From contig JBKPRZ010000272.1 in NCBI GenBank assembly GCA_046734815.1, forward strand, positions 1 to 62,694: 62,694 bases of DNA, written 5' to 3'. Made by a program: the position numbers and the translations under genes. Origin of the DNA: Myxococcota bacterium. GTDB taxonomy: Bacteria > Myxococcota_A > Polyangia > Fen-1088. This document shows, piece after piece, positions 52,240 through 60,819 of the stretch. Numbering within the stretch: the first letter of the stretch is position 1; every line of letters starts with the position of its first letter. The notes under the pieces are model-generated. The model saw only the letters and a program-made list of their open reading frames with translations, was not told where the DNA came from and ran no database searches.

Positions 52240-53393
52240 GACCGGGCGCTGTCCTCCAGCGAGCGTCGAAAAAGGTGCAGCCGCTGATACGGCCGGGCGC
52301 CCATCTTCTCCGCCTGCCGCAGGCTGGCCCGGTTGGCGTCGGCGATCCAGGTGCCGCCCACGTGGGTGTAGCCGCCGCGGGCCAGCCCGGAAACCAGCTG
52401 GGCCATCATCAGACCGTTGACCCCGCGGTTCTGGTATTCGGGATCGACCGCGTAATAGATGAGCGAGGCGCGGCGGCAGGCGCGCCGGTAGCGCAGGTAC
52501 TTCCACAGCGCGCCCAGACCCAGCCGCGATCCGGTCTCGCGCAGGAATGGGTTCAGGTCCGGCACGCAGACGATGGCCCCCACCGGGCGCAACCCGTCGT
52601 AGGCCAGCACCGTGATGCGCGGGTCGACGATCCACATGAGGTCCTTGGCGTAAAATAGGAATTCCGTCTCGGTCATCGGCACGAACAGCGGGTTGGGATC
52701 GAAGGCCCGGTTCAGAAGCTCGCGGCACTCGGCCAGCTGCCGCCGCAGGCTGCGCCGGCGCACCGGCTCGACCCGCAGGCCGGTGGCGGCCAGGGTCCGC
52801 TGCTTGTCACCCAGCGCCCGCGTGGCGGCCTGGGGCTGCACCTCGAACTCGAAGGTGGTCATGGGGAAGAACGGCTGGTAGCCCAGCCCCGCCAGCAGCC
52901 GCGGCAGGTGCGGCGGGCTGTAGCTCTGCTCGATGTACGGCGCCAGCGCATGGCCCTCGGTCACCACCCCGACCGCATGGTTGCCGGTGAGGTTGTAGTT
53001 GCCTGCGATCTCGCGCGCGCCGTTCCGCCGTCCGAACGCCTCGGCCGCGCCCAGCAGCAGCGCCGCCGCCCGCGCGTCGTCCGCACAGTCGAAGAATCCG
53101 AACTGGCTGCGCGCGGTCCCGTGGCGCTGGTTCGAGGCGCGGTGTACATGGGCCACGATCCGGCCGATCGGGCGGCCGTGCTTGGAGACCGAGAAGAAGG
53201 TCAGGTCGTCGGGTCGGTTGAAGGTCGGGTGCTGCGCCGGATCCAGGAACCGTTTCAGGTCCGATCGCAGCGGCGATACGTAAGCGCTGTCGCGCCCGTA
53301 CGCCTCGAACGGCGCCTCGAAGAAGCTGTCGAAGTCTCGCTCGCGTAGCTGGTATGCCGGATCTGCGGGGGGGTGGGCGGCGGTGGTTGACAT
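52236..53393 (-). CDS. Large GNAT-superfamily N-acyltransferase-like protein (385 aa)
   Basis: ATG 53393 gives MSTTAAHPPADPAYQLRERDFDSF. The layout matches a widespread uncharacterised two-lobed GNAT-like family: VSPLRSDLKRFLDP..HPTF, GRIVAHVH...FGFFDCADD, NYNLTGNHAVGVVTEG, and the C-terminal YAVDPEYQNRGVNGLMMAQL (motif-A-like). Confidence 0.6.
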   Translation of the reverse strand: MSTTAAHPPADPAYQLRERDFDSFFEAPFEAYGRDSAYVSPLRSDLKRFLDPAQHPTFNRPDDLTFFSVSKHGRPIGRIVAHVHRASNQRHGTARSQFGFFDCADDARAAALLLGAAEAFGRRNGAREIAGNYNLTGNHAVGVVTEGHALAPYIEQSYSPPHLPRLLAGLGYQPFFPMTTFEFEVQPQAATRALGDKQRTLAATGLRVEPVRRRSLRRQLAECRELLNRAFDPNPLFVPMTETEFLFYAKDLMWIVDPRITVLAYDGLRPVGAIVCVPDLNPFLRETGSRLGLGALWKYLRYRRACRRASLIYYAVDPEYQNRGVNGLMMAQLVSGLARGGYTHVGGTWIADANRASLRQAEKMGARPYQRLHLFRRSLEDSARS

Positions 53394-53535
53394 GGAGATG
53401 ACGGCGCTCCGGTGGGTGTGTTCTGTCCCCCATCCAATCGCAACCGACGTGCCAGGGGACACGGCCGCCGTTGCGCGGGTCCGCAGCGCGCTGTCGGGTC
53501 GGCCTTCCGACGCCTGTGACGAACCGCTGACAGCC

Positions 53536-54729
53536 GTGTGGCGTCGTGACCGGGCGGCCGGGTATTCTGCGGCCGCCTTGCCGTCCGCCGTCATCCTCGC
53601 CATCCTGCTGCTGGCGGACGCTCCCGTGACAGCGTTGGCGCCACGCACATCGCCCGCGGACGCCGACGGAAACGCCGACGCCAACGCCAACGCCGTCCCC
53701 GATGCCGGCTCGGCCACCCCGCCGGTTCTGCGCCGCCGCCCCCTCGCCGTGGCCGCCGCGCTGGTCCCGGGGCTGCTGCTGCACGGAAGCGGCCACTTCG
53801 TCGGCGGCGATCGCCGGACCGCAGGCCGGCTGCTGGCCGCCGAGGGCGTGGGCCTGGCCGCGGTTGTCGCCGGTCTGGGCGGCCTGGCCGTGACCGGCGC
53901 CGCCCGCCGGCTGGTCACGCCGCTGGTGCTGCTGACCAACGTCGGCGCCGGCCTGTTCCTGAGCTCCGCCGCCGCCGACCTCTACGGCACCCTCAGGCCG
54001 CCCGGGCCTCCCGGTCAGCCCGCCCCGTTACCCACCGTGGAGGCCAGCGCCGGCGCTCTGTTCGTCCACAACCCCGTGCTGCAGCCACGCTGGCTCGCCT
54101 CGGCGGGCGCCGACCTGTGGCTGTGGCGGTGGCGGCTGTCCCCCGTCGTGCACAGCGCGGCCGACGCCGACACCGTGCGCGCCGAGCTGCGCGCGGCCTA
54201 TCGGCTGTGGGGACCACGTCCCGACGCCCCTTCCCCCCGCGGAGACTTCCTCGAGCTCGGGGCAGGCGTCGTCCACCACCGCGACTCGCAGGACATCACC
54301 CCCTTCGACATCACGACCGGCGAGCTGACCCTGAGCGGCCGGCACGAGCTGCAAACCTTCGCCCCCACCCTGGCCGGCGCCTTCCTGGACTTCAGCGCCG
54401 GCATGGCCTACGGCACCACCCACTTCGGCGGCCGCGCCGACACCTTCGAACCGACCGATCTCCTGCTCGCCCGATTCGGCTTCGGCTTCTGGCTGGGCCG
54501 CGGGCCAGCGCCGCAGGCGGAGGTGAGCCTGGACTACGACAACCGCCACGACGATTTTGCCGGCGGCCTGAAGCTCACCGGCCTCGGCAGCGGACCCGCC
54601 GGGCACTTCGGCGTGCGGGCGCGCTTTTACCCCCACCCGCGCTGGGGCGTGGGCGCGCTGGCCCAGGCTGGCTCGGCGCATGTCCTGGGTCTGCAGCTCC
54701 TCTATCGCCCCGCCGAGGCGCCGCGGTGA
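53536..54729 (+). CDS. Secreted hypothetical protein (possibly beta-rich, outer-membrane-like C-terminal half)
   Basis: GTG 53536 gives MWRRDRAAGYSAAALPSAVILAILLLADAPVTALA, a Sec-like signal. Starts further upstream would collide with the divergent gene start at 53393. The C-terminal half shows alternating-hydrophobic stretches (FGFGFWLG, EVSLDYDN, GVGALAQAG). I recognised no family. Confidence 0.5.
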   Translation: MWRRDRAAGYSAAALPSAVILAILLLADAPVTALAPRTSPADADGNADANANAVPDAGSATPPVLRRRPLAVAAALVPGLLLHGSGHFVGGDRRTAGRLLAAEGVGLAAVVAGLGGLAVTGAARRLVTPLVLLTNVGAGLFLSSAAADLYGTLRPPGPPGQPAPLPTVEASAGALFVHNPVLQPRWLASAGADLWLWRWRLSPVVHSAADADTVRAELRAAYRLWGPRPDAPSPRGDFLELGAGVVHHRDSQDITPFDITTGELTLSGRHELQTFAPTLAGAFLDFSAGMAYGTTHFGGRADTFEPTDLLLARFGFGFWLGRGPAPQAEVSLDYDNRHDDFAGGLKLTGLGSGPAGHFGVRARFYPHPRWGVGALAQAGSAHVLGLQLLYRPAEAPR

Positions 54730-55832
54730 TGGTCGGGCCTCCGTTGCAGCTGACGGCGTTGATCGGCCTCGGCCTGCTGCCGCTGGCAAGCTGCCTGGAC
54801 GCCGCCGATGACCGCGCCCGCCGCGACGAGCAGGCGGGTCAGGCCAGCGCCGGCGGCGTGACAGTCACCGTGGACGACGGCCTGGCCGCCGTGCGCGCGC
54901 TCGACGGCGCGGCGCTGCTCCTCTGGGCCCAGGCGCCCGAGCTGTCAATCGCGCTCGACCGCGCTGGCGCCTCCGCCCCCTTCGACATCACCGTCGAGAA
55001 CGCCCTGGCCGACGCCGAGCTGCGCCTGGAGGACGGCACCGCCGTGCCGCCACGAGCCGCCGAGGCCAGCGACCCGCCGACCTCGAAGCGCTGGCGTCTG
55101 GACGTGCTCACCCGCGCCCGCCTGCAGCTGCGCGCCCCCGATCGGGACAGCCGCGAGGCGTTTCGCTTCGCCGCGTACGCCGACGTGCAGGAGGCCCTGC
55201 CCCGCGTCCAGGACATCTACCGGCGGATGGCCACCGACCCACGCATCCGCTTCGCGGTCATGAACGGCGATCTGACCGACATGGGGAGCATCGCAAGTCT
55301 GCAGCAGTTCCAGCGCGAGATGCGCACCCTGCCCTTCCCGGTCTACGCCACCCTGGGCAACCACGAGCTCGGCGCCTCGGATGTACCGTTCCACCGGCTG
55401 TTCGGCCGGGGCAGCTCCAGCTTCACCTTCCGCTCCGCCCGCTTCACCCGGCTCGACTCGGCCAGCGCCACCCTGGCGCCGGCGGTGCACGGCTGGCTCG
55501 ACGACTGGCTGCGCGCCGGCGCCTCCTCCTTCCACGTGGTGACGATGCACATCCCCCCGGTCGACCCCATCGGCACGCGCAACGGTAGCTTCGCCAGCCG
55601 CCTGGAGGCGGACCAGCTGCTCGGTCGGCTGGCAGCCTTCGGGGTCGACCTGACCCTGTACGGCCACATCCACTCCTTCTACAGCTTCGCCAACGCCGGC
55701 ATTCCCGCCTACATCAGCGGCGGCGGGGGCGCCATCCCGGAACGCCTCGACGGCATCGGCCGCCACTTTCTCACCATCGACGTCGACCCCGTCAGCCAGC
55801 GCTACCAGGTCGCGATCGTCCGCGTGGACTGA
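54729..55832 (+). CDS. Calcineurin-like metallophosphoesterase lipoprotein
   Basis: The ATG shares one nucleotide with the upstream stop (TGATG). The N-terminus MVGPPLQLTALIGLGLLPLASC carries a lipobox. The metallophosphoesterase motifs are YADVQ, NGDLTD, GNHE, MHIPP and GHIHSF. Confidence 0.75.
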   Translation: MVGPPLQLTALIGLGLLPLASCLDAADDRARRDEQAGQASAGGVTVTVDDGLAAVRALDGAALLLWAQAPELSIALDRAGASAPFDITVENALADAELRLEDGTAVPPRAAEASDPPTSKRWRLDVLTRARLQLRAPDRDSREAFRFAAYADVQEALPRVQDIYRRMATDPRIRFAVMNGDLTDMGSIASLQQFQREMRTLPFPVYATLGNHELGASDVPFHRLFGRGSSSFTFRSARFTRLDSASATLAPAVHGWLDDWLRAGASSFHVVTMHIPPVDPIGTRNGSFASRLEADQLLGRLAAFGVDLTLYGHIHSFYSFANAGIPAYISGGGGAIPERLDGIGRHFLTIDVDPVSQRYQVAIVRVD

Positions 55833-55839
55833 TGTCCGG

Positions 55840-56289
55840 CTACCCGGTGTGGCCGAACCCGCCGCCGCCCCGCTCGGTGCCCGACAGCTCCTCCGCCTCC
55901 ACCAGCTCGGCCCGCGTGACCGGCGCAATAACCAGCTGGGCCACCCGATCGCCGGGCGCAATGGTGTGCGCCTGCTGCCCCAGGTTCACCAGCAGCACCA
56001 CCACCTCGCCCCGATAATCCGCATCGATGGTCCCCGGCGCGTTCACCACCGTCACCCCGGTCTTCGAGGCCAGCCCCGACCGCGGCCGCACCTGCCCCTC
56101 GTACCCCGCAGGCAGCTCGATGGCCAGCCCGGTAGGCACCCCCACCCGCTCCCCCGGCCTCAAAGTCATTGCCCCATCCGCCGCCGAAGCCAGATCCAGC
56201 CCCGCCGCCCCCGCGGTCATGTACCGAGGAATCACCGCCCCCGCCCGCAAGCGCTTGAACCGGACCGTGACCGCCGCAGTCATCGCCAA
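55840..56289 (-). CDS. dut: dUTP diphosphatase
   Basis: The 149-aa protein has [23 protein letters not shown] and the C-terminal [10 protein letters not shown]. All five dUTPase motifs are recognisable. Confidence 0.9.
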   Translation of the reverse strand: MAMTAAVTVRFKRLRAGAVIPRYMTAGAAGLDLASAADGAMTLRPGERVGVPTGLAIELPAGYEGQVRPRSGLASKTGVTVVNAPGTIDADYRGEVVVLLVNLGQQAHTIAPGDRVAQLVIAPVTRAELVEAEELSGTERGGGGFGHTG

Positions 56290-56318
56290 AAGCTCTGAAC
56301 CTTCAAAGGAAGCGCTCC

Positions 56319-56457
56319 ACTTTCTGCGTTCGTAGCCGGGCTTGCCCGGCGGAGAGACGCGCCCTTTTCCACCGCCATGTCCCCTGGCCCTGTCCCTTCT
56401 GCTCCGGGGAGAGGGCTCGGGGGAGGGGGCGCGGGTCTGCCCGCGCCCTCTTCCCCG
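56319..56457. repeat. Copy B of the ~140-bp dispersed structured intergenic element
   Basis: It has the same left and right modules as 458-598, and the 55-nt right module at 56402-56456 is identical. The element occupies the pnp-dut spacer and abuts the pnp stop at 56458. Confidence 0.9.
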
Positions 56458-58584
56458 CTAAACAGCGCTGGCGGTGCGGAAGTTGTGGACCACGTCGGGG
56501 GTCTTGCCCAGGGCCTCGCGGCGGGACAGGCGGATCTTGCCCGAGGCCCGGTCGATGCCGATCACCTTGACCAGCATCTCATCGCCCTCCTTGCAGATGT
56601 CGTTCACCTGGCGCACGCGCTTCTCGTCGAGCTCGCTGATGTGCACCAGCCCGTCGGTGCCGGGCAAGATCTCGACGAAGGCGCCGAACTCGGCGATGCG
56701 CCGGACCACCCCCATGTAGAACTCGCCCACCTCCGGCTCCGTCGTCAGACCCTTGATGATGTCGATCGCCTTCTGGGCCATCATCCCGTCGGGCGAGGCG
56801 ATGTGCACGGTGCCGTCGTCCTCGACGTCGATCGCCACCCCGGTCTGGGCGGTGATCCCGCGGATGGTCTTGCCGCCCGGGCCGATGATCTCGCGAATCT
56901 GGTCGGGCTTGACCCGGATGGTGAAGATCCGGGGCGCGTACCGGTTCAGCTCCTCGCGCGGAGCAGCCAGCGCCTCGGCCATCTTGCCCAGGATGAAGAT
57001 CCGGCCCTCGCGCGCCTGGTTCAGCGCCTGCTCGAGGATCTGCCTGGTGAGCCCCTGGATCTTGATGTCCATCTGGACGGCGCTGATCCCCTTCTTGGTG
57101 CCGCACACCTTGAAGTCCATGTCGCCCAGGTGGTCCTCGTCGCCGAGGATGTCGGAGAGTACCGCGATGCGCTCGCCTTCCTTGATCAGGCCCATGGCGA
57201 TGCCCGCCACCGGGGTGGTGATCGGCACGCCCGCGTCCATGAGCGACAGCGCCCCGCCGCAGACCGAGGCCATCGACGAGCTGCCGTTCGATTCCAGGAT
57301 CTCCGACACCACCCGGATGGTGTAGGGGAAGTCCGCCTCCGAGGGCAACACCCGCGACAGGGCCCGTTCGGCCAGGTGGCCGTGGCCGGTCTCGCGGCGG
57401 CTGGCCCCGCGCAGGGGCTTGACCTCGCCGGTCGAGAAGGGCGGAAAGTTGTAGTGGAGCATGAACCGCTTCTCGATCTCGGCGGTCAGCCCCTCGATGT
57501 GCTGCGCGTCCTGCTTGGTGCCCAGGGTGCTGGTTACCAGGGCCTGGGTCTCACCGCGCGTGAACAGCGACGAGCCGTGGGTCCGTGGCAGCACGCCCAC
57601 CTCGCAGGTGATGGCGCGGATGTCGGTGGTGCCGCGGCCATCGATGCGGCGGCTGGTGTTCAGCACCAGCTCGCGCAGGTGCTTCTTCTTGGCCGAGTCG
57701 AAGGCCTCCTTGACCTCGGGGTCGCGCTCGGGAAACTCGACCTTCAAGCTCTCGAGAATCTCGGTCCCGGCGGCGTCCAGCGCGGCGTAGCGCTGCTGCT
57801 TGTCCCGGATGGCCATGGCCGCCTCGATCTTGGCGCCGGCGGCGGCCGCCACCCGTTCGACGATGGCCGGGTCCTTGGCCGGCGGCACGAACTCGCGCTT
57901 GGGCTTGCCCACCGCCGCCCGCAGCTTCTCCTGCAGGTCGATCAGCGGCTGGGCCGCCTTGTGGGCGAACATCAGCGCATCGATCAGCACCTCCTCGGGC
58001 ACCTCGCTGGCGCTGCCCTCGACCATCACGATGGCGTCGCGGCTGGCCGCCACCATCACGTCCAGCTCGGATTCCTCGCGCTGGACGAAGGTGGGGTTGA
58101 CCACGAACTGCCCGCCGATACGCCCCACCCGCACCCCCGCGAAGGGGCCGGCCCAGGGGATGTCAGACAGGTGCAGCGCCATCGAGGCGCCGGTCATGGC
58201 CAGGACGTCGGTCGGGTTCTCCTTGTCCGCCGACAGCACCGTGGCGATCACCTGGCTGTCGAAGCGCCAGCCCTTGGGGAACAGGGGCCGGCAGGGCCGG
58301 TCGATCAGGCGCGAGGTCAGCACCTCGGTCTCGGTCAGGCGGCCTTCCCGCTTGAAGTAGCCGCCCGGTATCTTGCCGGCGGCCGAGGTCTTCTCCAGGT
58401 AGTCGACGGTCAGGGGCAGAAAATCGATGCCCGGGCGGATGCTGGCCGAAGCCACCGCCGTCACCAGGACCATCGAATCGCCGTACCGGACCACCACCGA
58501 GCCGTCGGCCTGCTTGGCCATGCGCCCGGTCTCGATGGTCAGCTCGCGATCCCCGAACCCCACTCCTTCGCGTACAAACATCAA
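56458..58584 (-). CDS. pnp: Polyribonucleotide nucleotidyltransferase (PNPase)
   Basis: The 708-aa protein has two RNase PH-like cores ([13 protein letters not shown] and GETQALVT...RRE.GHG), followed by KH (IGPGGKTIR) and S1 ([25 protein letters not shown]) domains. Confidence 0.95.
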   Translation of the reverse strand: MMFVREGVGFGDRELTIETGRMAKQADGSVVVRYGDSMVLVTAVASASIRPGIDFLPLTVDYLEKTSAAGKIPGGYFKREGRLTETEVLTSRLIDRPCRPLFPKGWRFDSQVIATVLSADKENPTDVLAMTGASMALHLSDIPWAGPFAGVRVGRIGGQFVVNPTFVQREESELDVMVAASRDAIVMVEGSASEVPEEVLIDALMFAHKAAQPLIDLQEKLRAAVGKPKREFVPPAKDPAIVERVAAAAGAKIEAAMAIRDKQQRYAALDAAGTEILESLKVEFPERDPEVKEAFDSAKKKHLRELVLNTSRRIDGRGTTDIRAITCEVGVLPRTHGSSLFTRGETQALVTSTLGTKQDAQHIEGLTAEIEKRFMLHYNFPPFSTGEVKPLRGASRRETGHGHLAERALSRVLPSEADFPYTIRVVSEILESNGSSSMASVCGGALSLMDAGVPITTPVAGIAMGLIKEGERIAVLSDILGDEDHLGDMDFKVCGTKKGISAVQMDIKIQGLTRQILEQALNQAREGRIFILGKMAEALAAPREELNRYAPRIFTIRVKPDQIREIIGPGGKTIRGITAQTGVAIDVEDDGTVHIASPDGMMAQKAIDIIKGLTTEPEVGEFYMGVVRRIAEFGAFVEILPGTDGLVHISELDEKRVRQVNDICKEGDEMLVKVIGIDRASGKIRLSRREALGKTPDVVHNFRTASAV

Positions 58585-58708
58585 ACGTCTCCTTGTGCGA
58601 AGGCCCCGATACCCCTTCGTCCCTCATCTCGAGGGTCCGCGCGACGAACGCAGCGGCCGAACCGTCGGGAAAAAGGATGAACGCGGCACCAGGACCGTTG
58701 TTGGTGTG

Positions 58709-58740
58709 CAACAAGCGTGGCGGCAACCGAGCCGCCACGC
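58709..58740 (-). terminator. Stem-loop followed by a T-rich tract downstream of rpsO (terminator or attenuator, possibly a processing hairpin)
   Basis: The minus-strand RNA would read GCGUGGCGGC-UCGGUU-GCCGCCACGC, a 10-bp GC stem, followed by UUGUUG. It lies 27 nt after the rpsO stop and upstream of pnp. Confidence 0.5.
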
Positions 58741-58766
58741 ACGAAAAACGGTACGGTGAGCCGGCG

Positions 58767-59036
58767 CTACTTCCTGATCCCCAGCTCCTGGATGAGCGCG
58801 CGATAGCGCTCGACGTTCGTTCCCTTGAGGTAGTCGAGCAGCCGGCGGCGCTGACCAACCAACATCAGCAGCCCCCGACGGGAGTGATGGTCCTTGGCGT
58901 GCACCCGGAAATGTTCGGTCAGATAATTGATCCGTTCCGAGAGCAGCGCGATCTGTACCTCCGGCGACCCCGTGTCGCGGGGCCCCCGCGCGAACTTCTT
59001 TACGACTTCCGATTTTCGTACTGCGGCGAGAGCCAT
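58767..59036 (-). CDS. rpsO: 30S ribosomal protein S15
   Basis: Counted from MALAAVRK, the protein is 89 aa. It contains [45 protein letters not shown]. The track ORF starts two codons further upstream. Confidence 0.9.
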   Translation of the reverse strand: MALAAVRKSEVVKKFARGPRDTGSPEVQIALLSERINYLTEHFRVHAKDHHSRRGLLMLVGQRRRLLDYLKGTNVERYRALIQELGIRK

Positions 59037-59150
59037 GAACACACTCTTTTCTGTCGTGCTTTCAACTCTTTAGGTTGAGCACACTTTCCTACAAACACGG
59101 CGTCGAAGTCAACCGGCCCGTCCCAAGTGGTCAGGATTTCAGGGCTGACA

Positions 59151-60089
59151 TCAGAGCTGGACACCCGCCAACCCCCGCCCGAACACGCGCAAAGGCCGTG
59201 CGCCTTCGGCAGTCACCTCCGCGACCGCCAGCAGGCTGTCGTCCTCGCGCACGATTCGCACCCGGCCGCGCGTGGCCGCCGGCAGCCCGAAGGCCTCCGC
59301 GGGCACCCGCTGCCCCTGCCCGAGCGCCCGCGCCGCCGCCTCCCCCGCTCGCACCTCGGGCAGATGCGCGAGCGCCGTCGTCGGTGAGATCAGGGGCAAG
59401 GGCTCGCCCCGATCCACCCGCTCCTCCAGCTGGGCAAGCGTGATCGCCTGCTCCAGGTGGAAGGGGCCAGATGCAATGCGTCTAAGCGCTGCCAGATGGG
59501 CGCCGCTGCCGGTGGCGCGGCCGAGGTCGGCGGCCAGCACCCGCACGTAGGTTCCCTTGCTGCACCGGACGCGCAGCCGCGCCGAATCCGGCGGCAGGAA
59601 CGCCAGCAGTTCCAGGGCGTGGATGTGTACCCGGCGCGCCGCCCGCTCGACCTCCTGACCCTCCCGCGCATAGGCGTACAGGGGCCGACCCCGGTGCTTG
59701 AGCGCCGAATACATCGGCGGCACCTGCTCGATCTCACCCACCATCGCCGGCAGCCGCTCCCGGATGGCCGCCTCCGACAGGCCGTCGAGCGACCCGCGGT
59801 CGACCACGGTGCCGGTGGCGTCCTGGGTGTCGGTGGTGACCCCGAACCGGACGGTCAGCTCGTAGATCTTGTCTGCCTCCAGCAGGAAGGCCGCCAGCTT
59901 GGTCGCTTCCCCGAAGCAGATCGGCAGCACCCCGCTGGCCGCCGGGTCCAGAGTCCCGCCGTGGCCGCACTTGAGCTTGCGGGCCGCCCGTTCGCTGCCG
60001 CCGATTGCGCGCCCGACCAGGGCACGCACGCGGCGGAGCACGGCGAACGAGGAAGGTCCCTCGGGCTTGTCGACCACGAGGATCCCCAT
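59151..60089 (-). CDS. truB: tRNA pseudouridine(55) synthase
   Basis: The protein begins MGILVVDKPEGPSSFAVL and contains GHGGTLDPAASGVLPICFGEATK with the catalytic Asp. ATG 60089 shares one nucleotide with the rbfA stop (TGATG). The track start at 60092 is a TTG. Confidence 0.9.
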   Translation of the reverse strand: MGILVVDKPEGPSSFAVLRRVRALVGRAIGGSERAARKLKCGHGGTLDPAASGVLPICFGEATKLAAFLLEADKIYELTVRFGVTTDTQDATGTVVDRGSLDGLSEAAIRERLPAMVGEIEQVPPMYSALKHRGRPLYAYAREGQEVERAARRVHIHALELLAFLPPDSARLRVRCSKGTYVRVLAADLGRATGSGAHLAALRRIASGPFHLEQAITLAQLEERVDRGEPLPLISPTTALAHLPEVRAGEAAARALGQGQRVPAEAFGLPAATRGRVRIVREDDSLLAVAEVTAEGARPLRVFGRGLAGVQL

Positions 60090-60496
60090 CAACCGTCGTC
60101 CCCCTCGGAGTCGTCGTCGCCAGCCGGCGCAGCCGCTGGTGCCTCCGACGAGACCTCACGCAGCAGGGCGTCCACCCTGGCCTCCTTCTCGAACACGTCA
60201 TCCACCTCGAAGCTGACCGTGGGGATGGTCCGCACCGACAGCTCCTGTCCCAGCCGGTGGCGCAGATAGCCGCCCGCGTGGTCCAGGCCCTGGCGCACGC
60301 GCTCGAGCGCCTTGCCGTCGGCCCCGTGCACGGTGAACAGAGCGGTGGCCTGGCGCAGGTCCCCGGTGATGCGAACGTGGGTGATGGTGATCAGGCCCGC
60401 GTCCTGGACCCGCGGGTCCTTGATCTCCTGCCGTGCGACGATGTCGCCGAGGATCTGCCGGATCTCCGTCGCCAGACGGGCGGGCCGCTCCTTCAT
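60089..60496 (-). CDS. rbfA: Ribosome-binding factor A
   Basis: The 135-aa protein has RLATEIRQILGDIVARQEIKDPRV..ITITHVRITGDLRQATALF and an acidic C-terminal tail. Its ATG overlaps the upstream stop (ATGA). Confidence 0.85.
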   Translation of the reverse strand: MKERPARLATEIRQILGDIVARQEIKDPRVQDAGLITITHVRITGDLRQATALFTVHGADGKALERVRQGLDHAGGYLRHRLGQELSVRTIPTVSFEVDDVFEKEARVDALLREVSSEAPAAAPAGDDDSEGDDG

Positions 60497-60819
60497 TCGC
60501 CTATCTTGAATCCCAGATCGGTGTCTGCCAAGGCGTCGTTGAAGCTCTGGATCTCACGTTCCGCCTGGGTGACCTCGGCCTGACTGCGCACGAAGCGGAT
60601 CACCTCATCCAGCGCCGATTCCACGAAGCGGCGCTCGTTGCCCACCACCGCCAGCCCCAGCACCGCCCGCTGCCAGAGGTCGTTGTCCTCGACCTCGGCG
60701 GCCGCCACGTTGAACTTTTGCCGCAGTCGATCCTTGATCCGCCGCAACACCATGCGCTTGTCCTTGAGCGACCGGCTGTCGCCCAGGAACAACGTCACCC
60801 GCCCGATGCCGACTGTCAC
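60493..60819 (-). CDS. DUF503 (YlxP-like) protein
   Basis: GTG 60819 gives (M)[58 protein letters not shown], the typical DUF503 pattern. The gene sits in the usual position between infB and rbfA. Its start overlaps the infB stop (GTGA). Confidence 0.75.
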   Translation of the reverse strand: MTVGIGRVTLFLGDSRSLKDKRMVLRRIKDRLRQKFNVAAAEVEDNDLWQRAVLGLAVVGNERRFVESALDEVIRFVRSQAEVTQAEREIQSFNDALADTDLGFKIGE

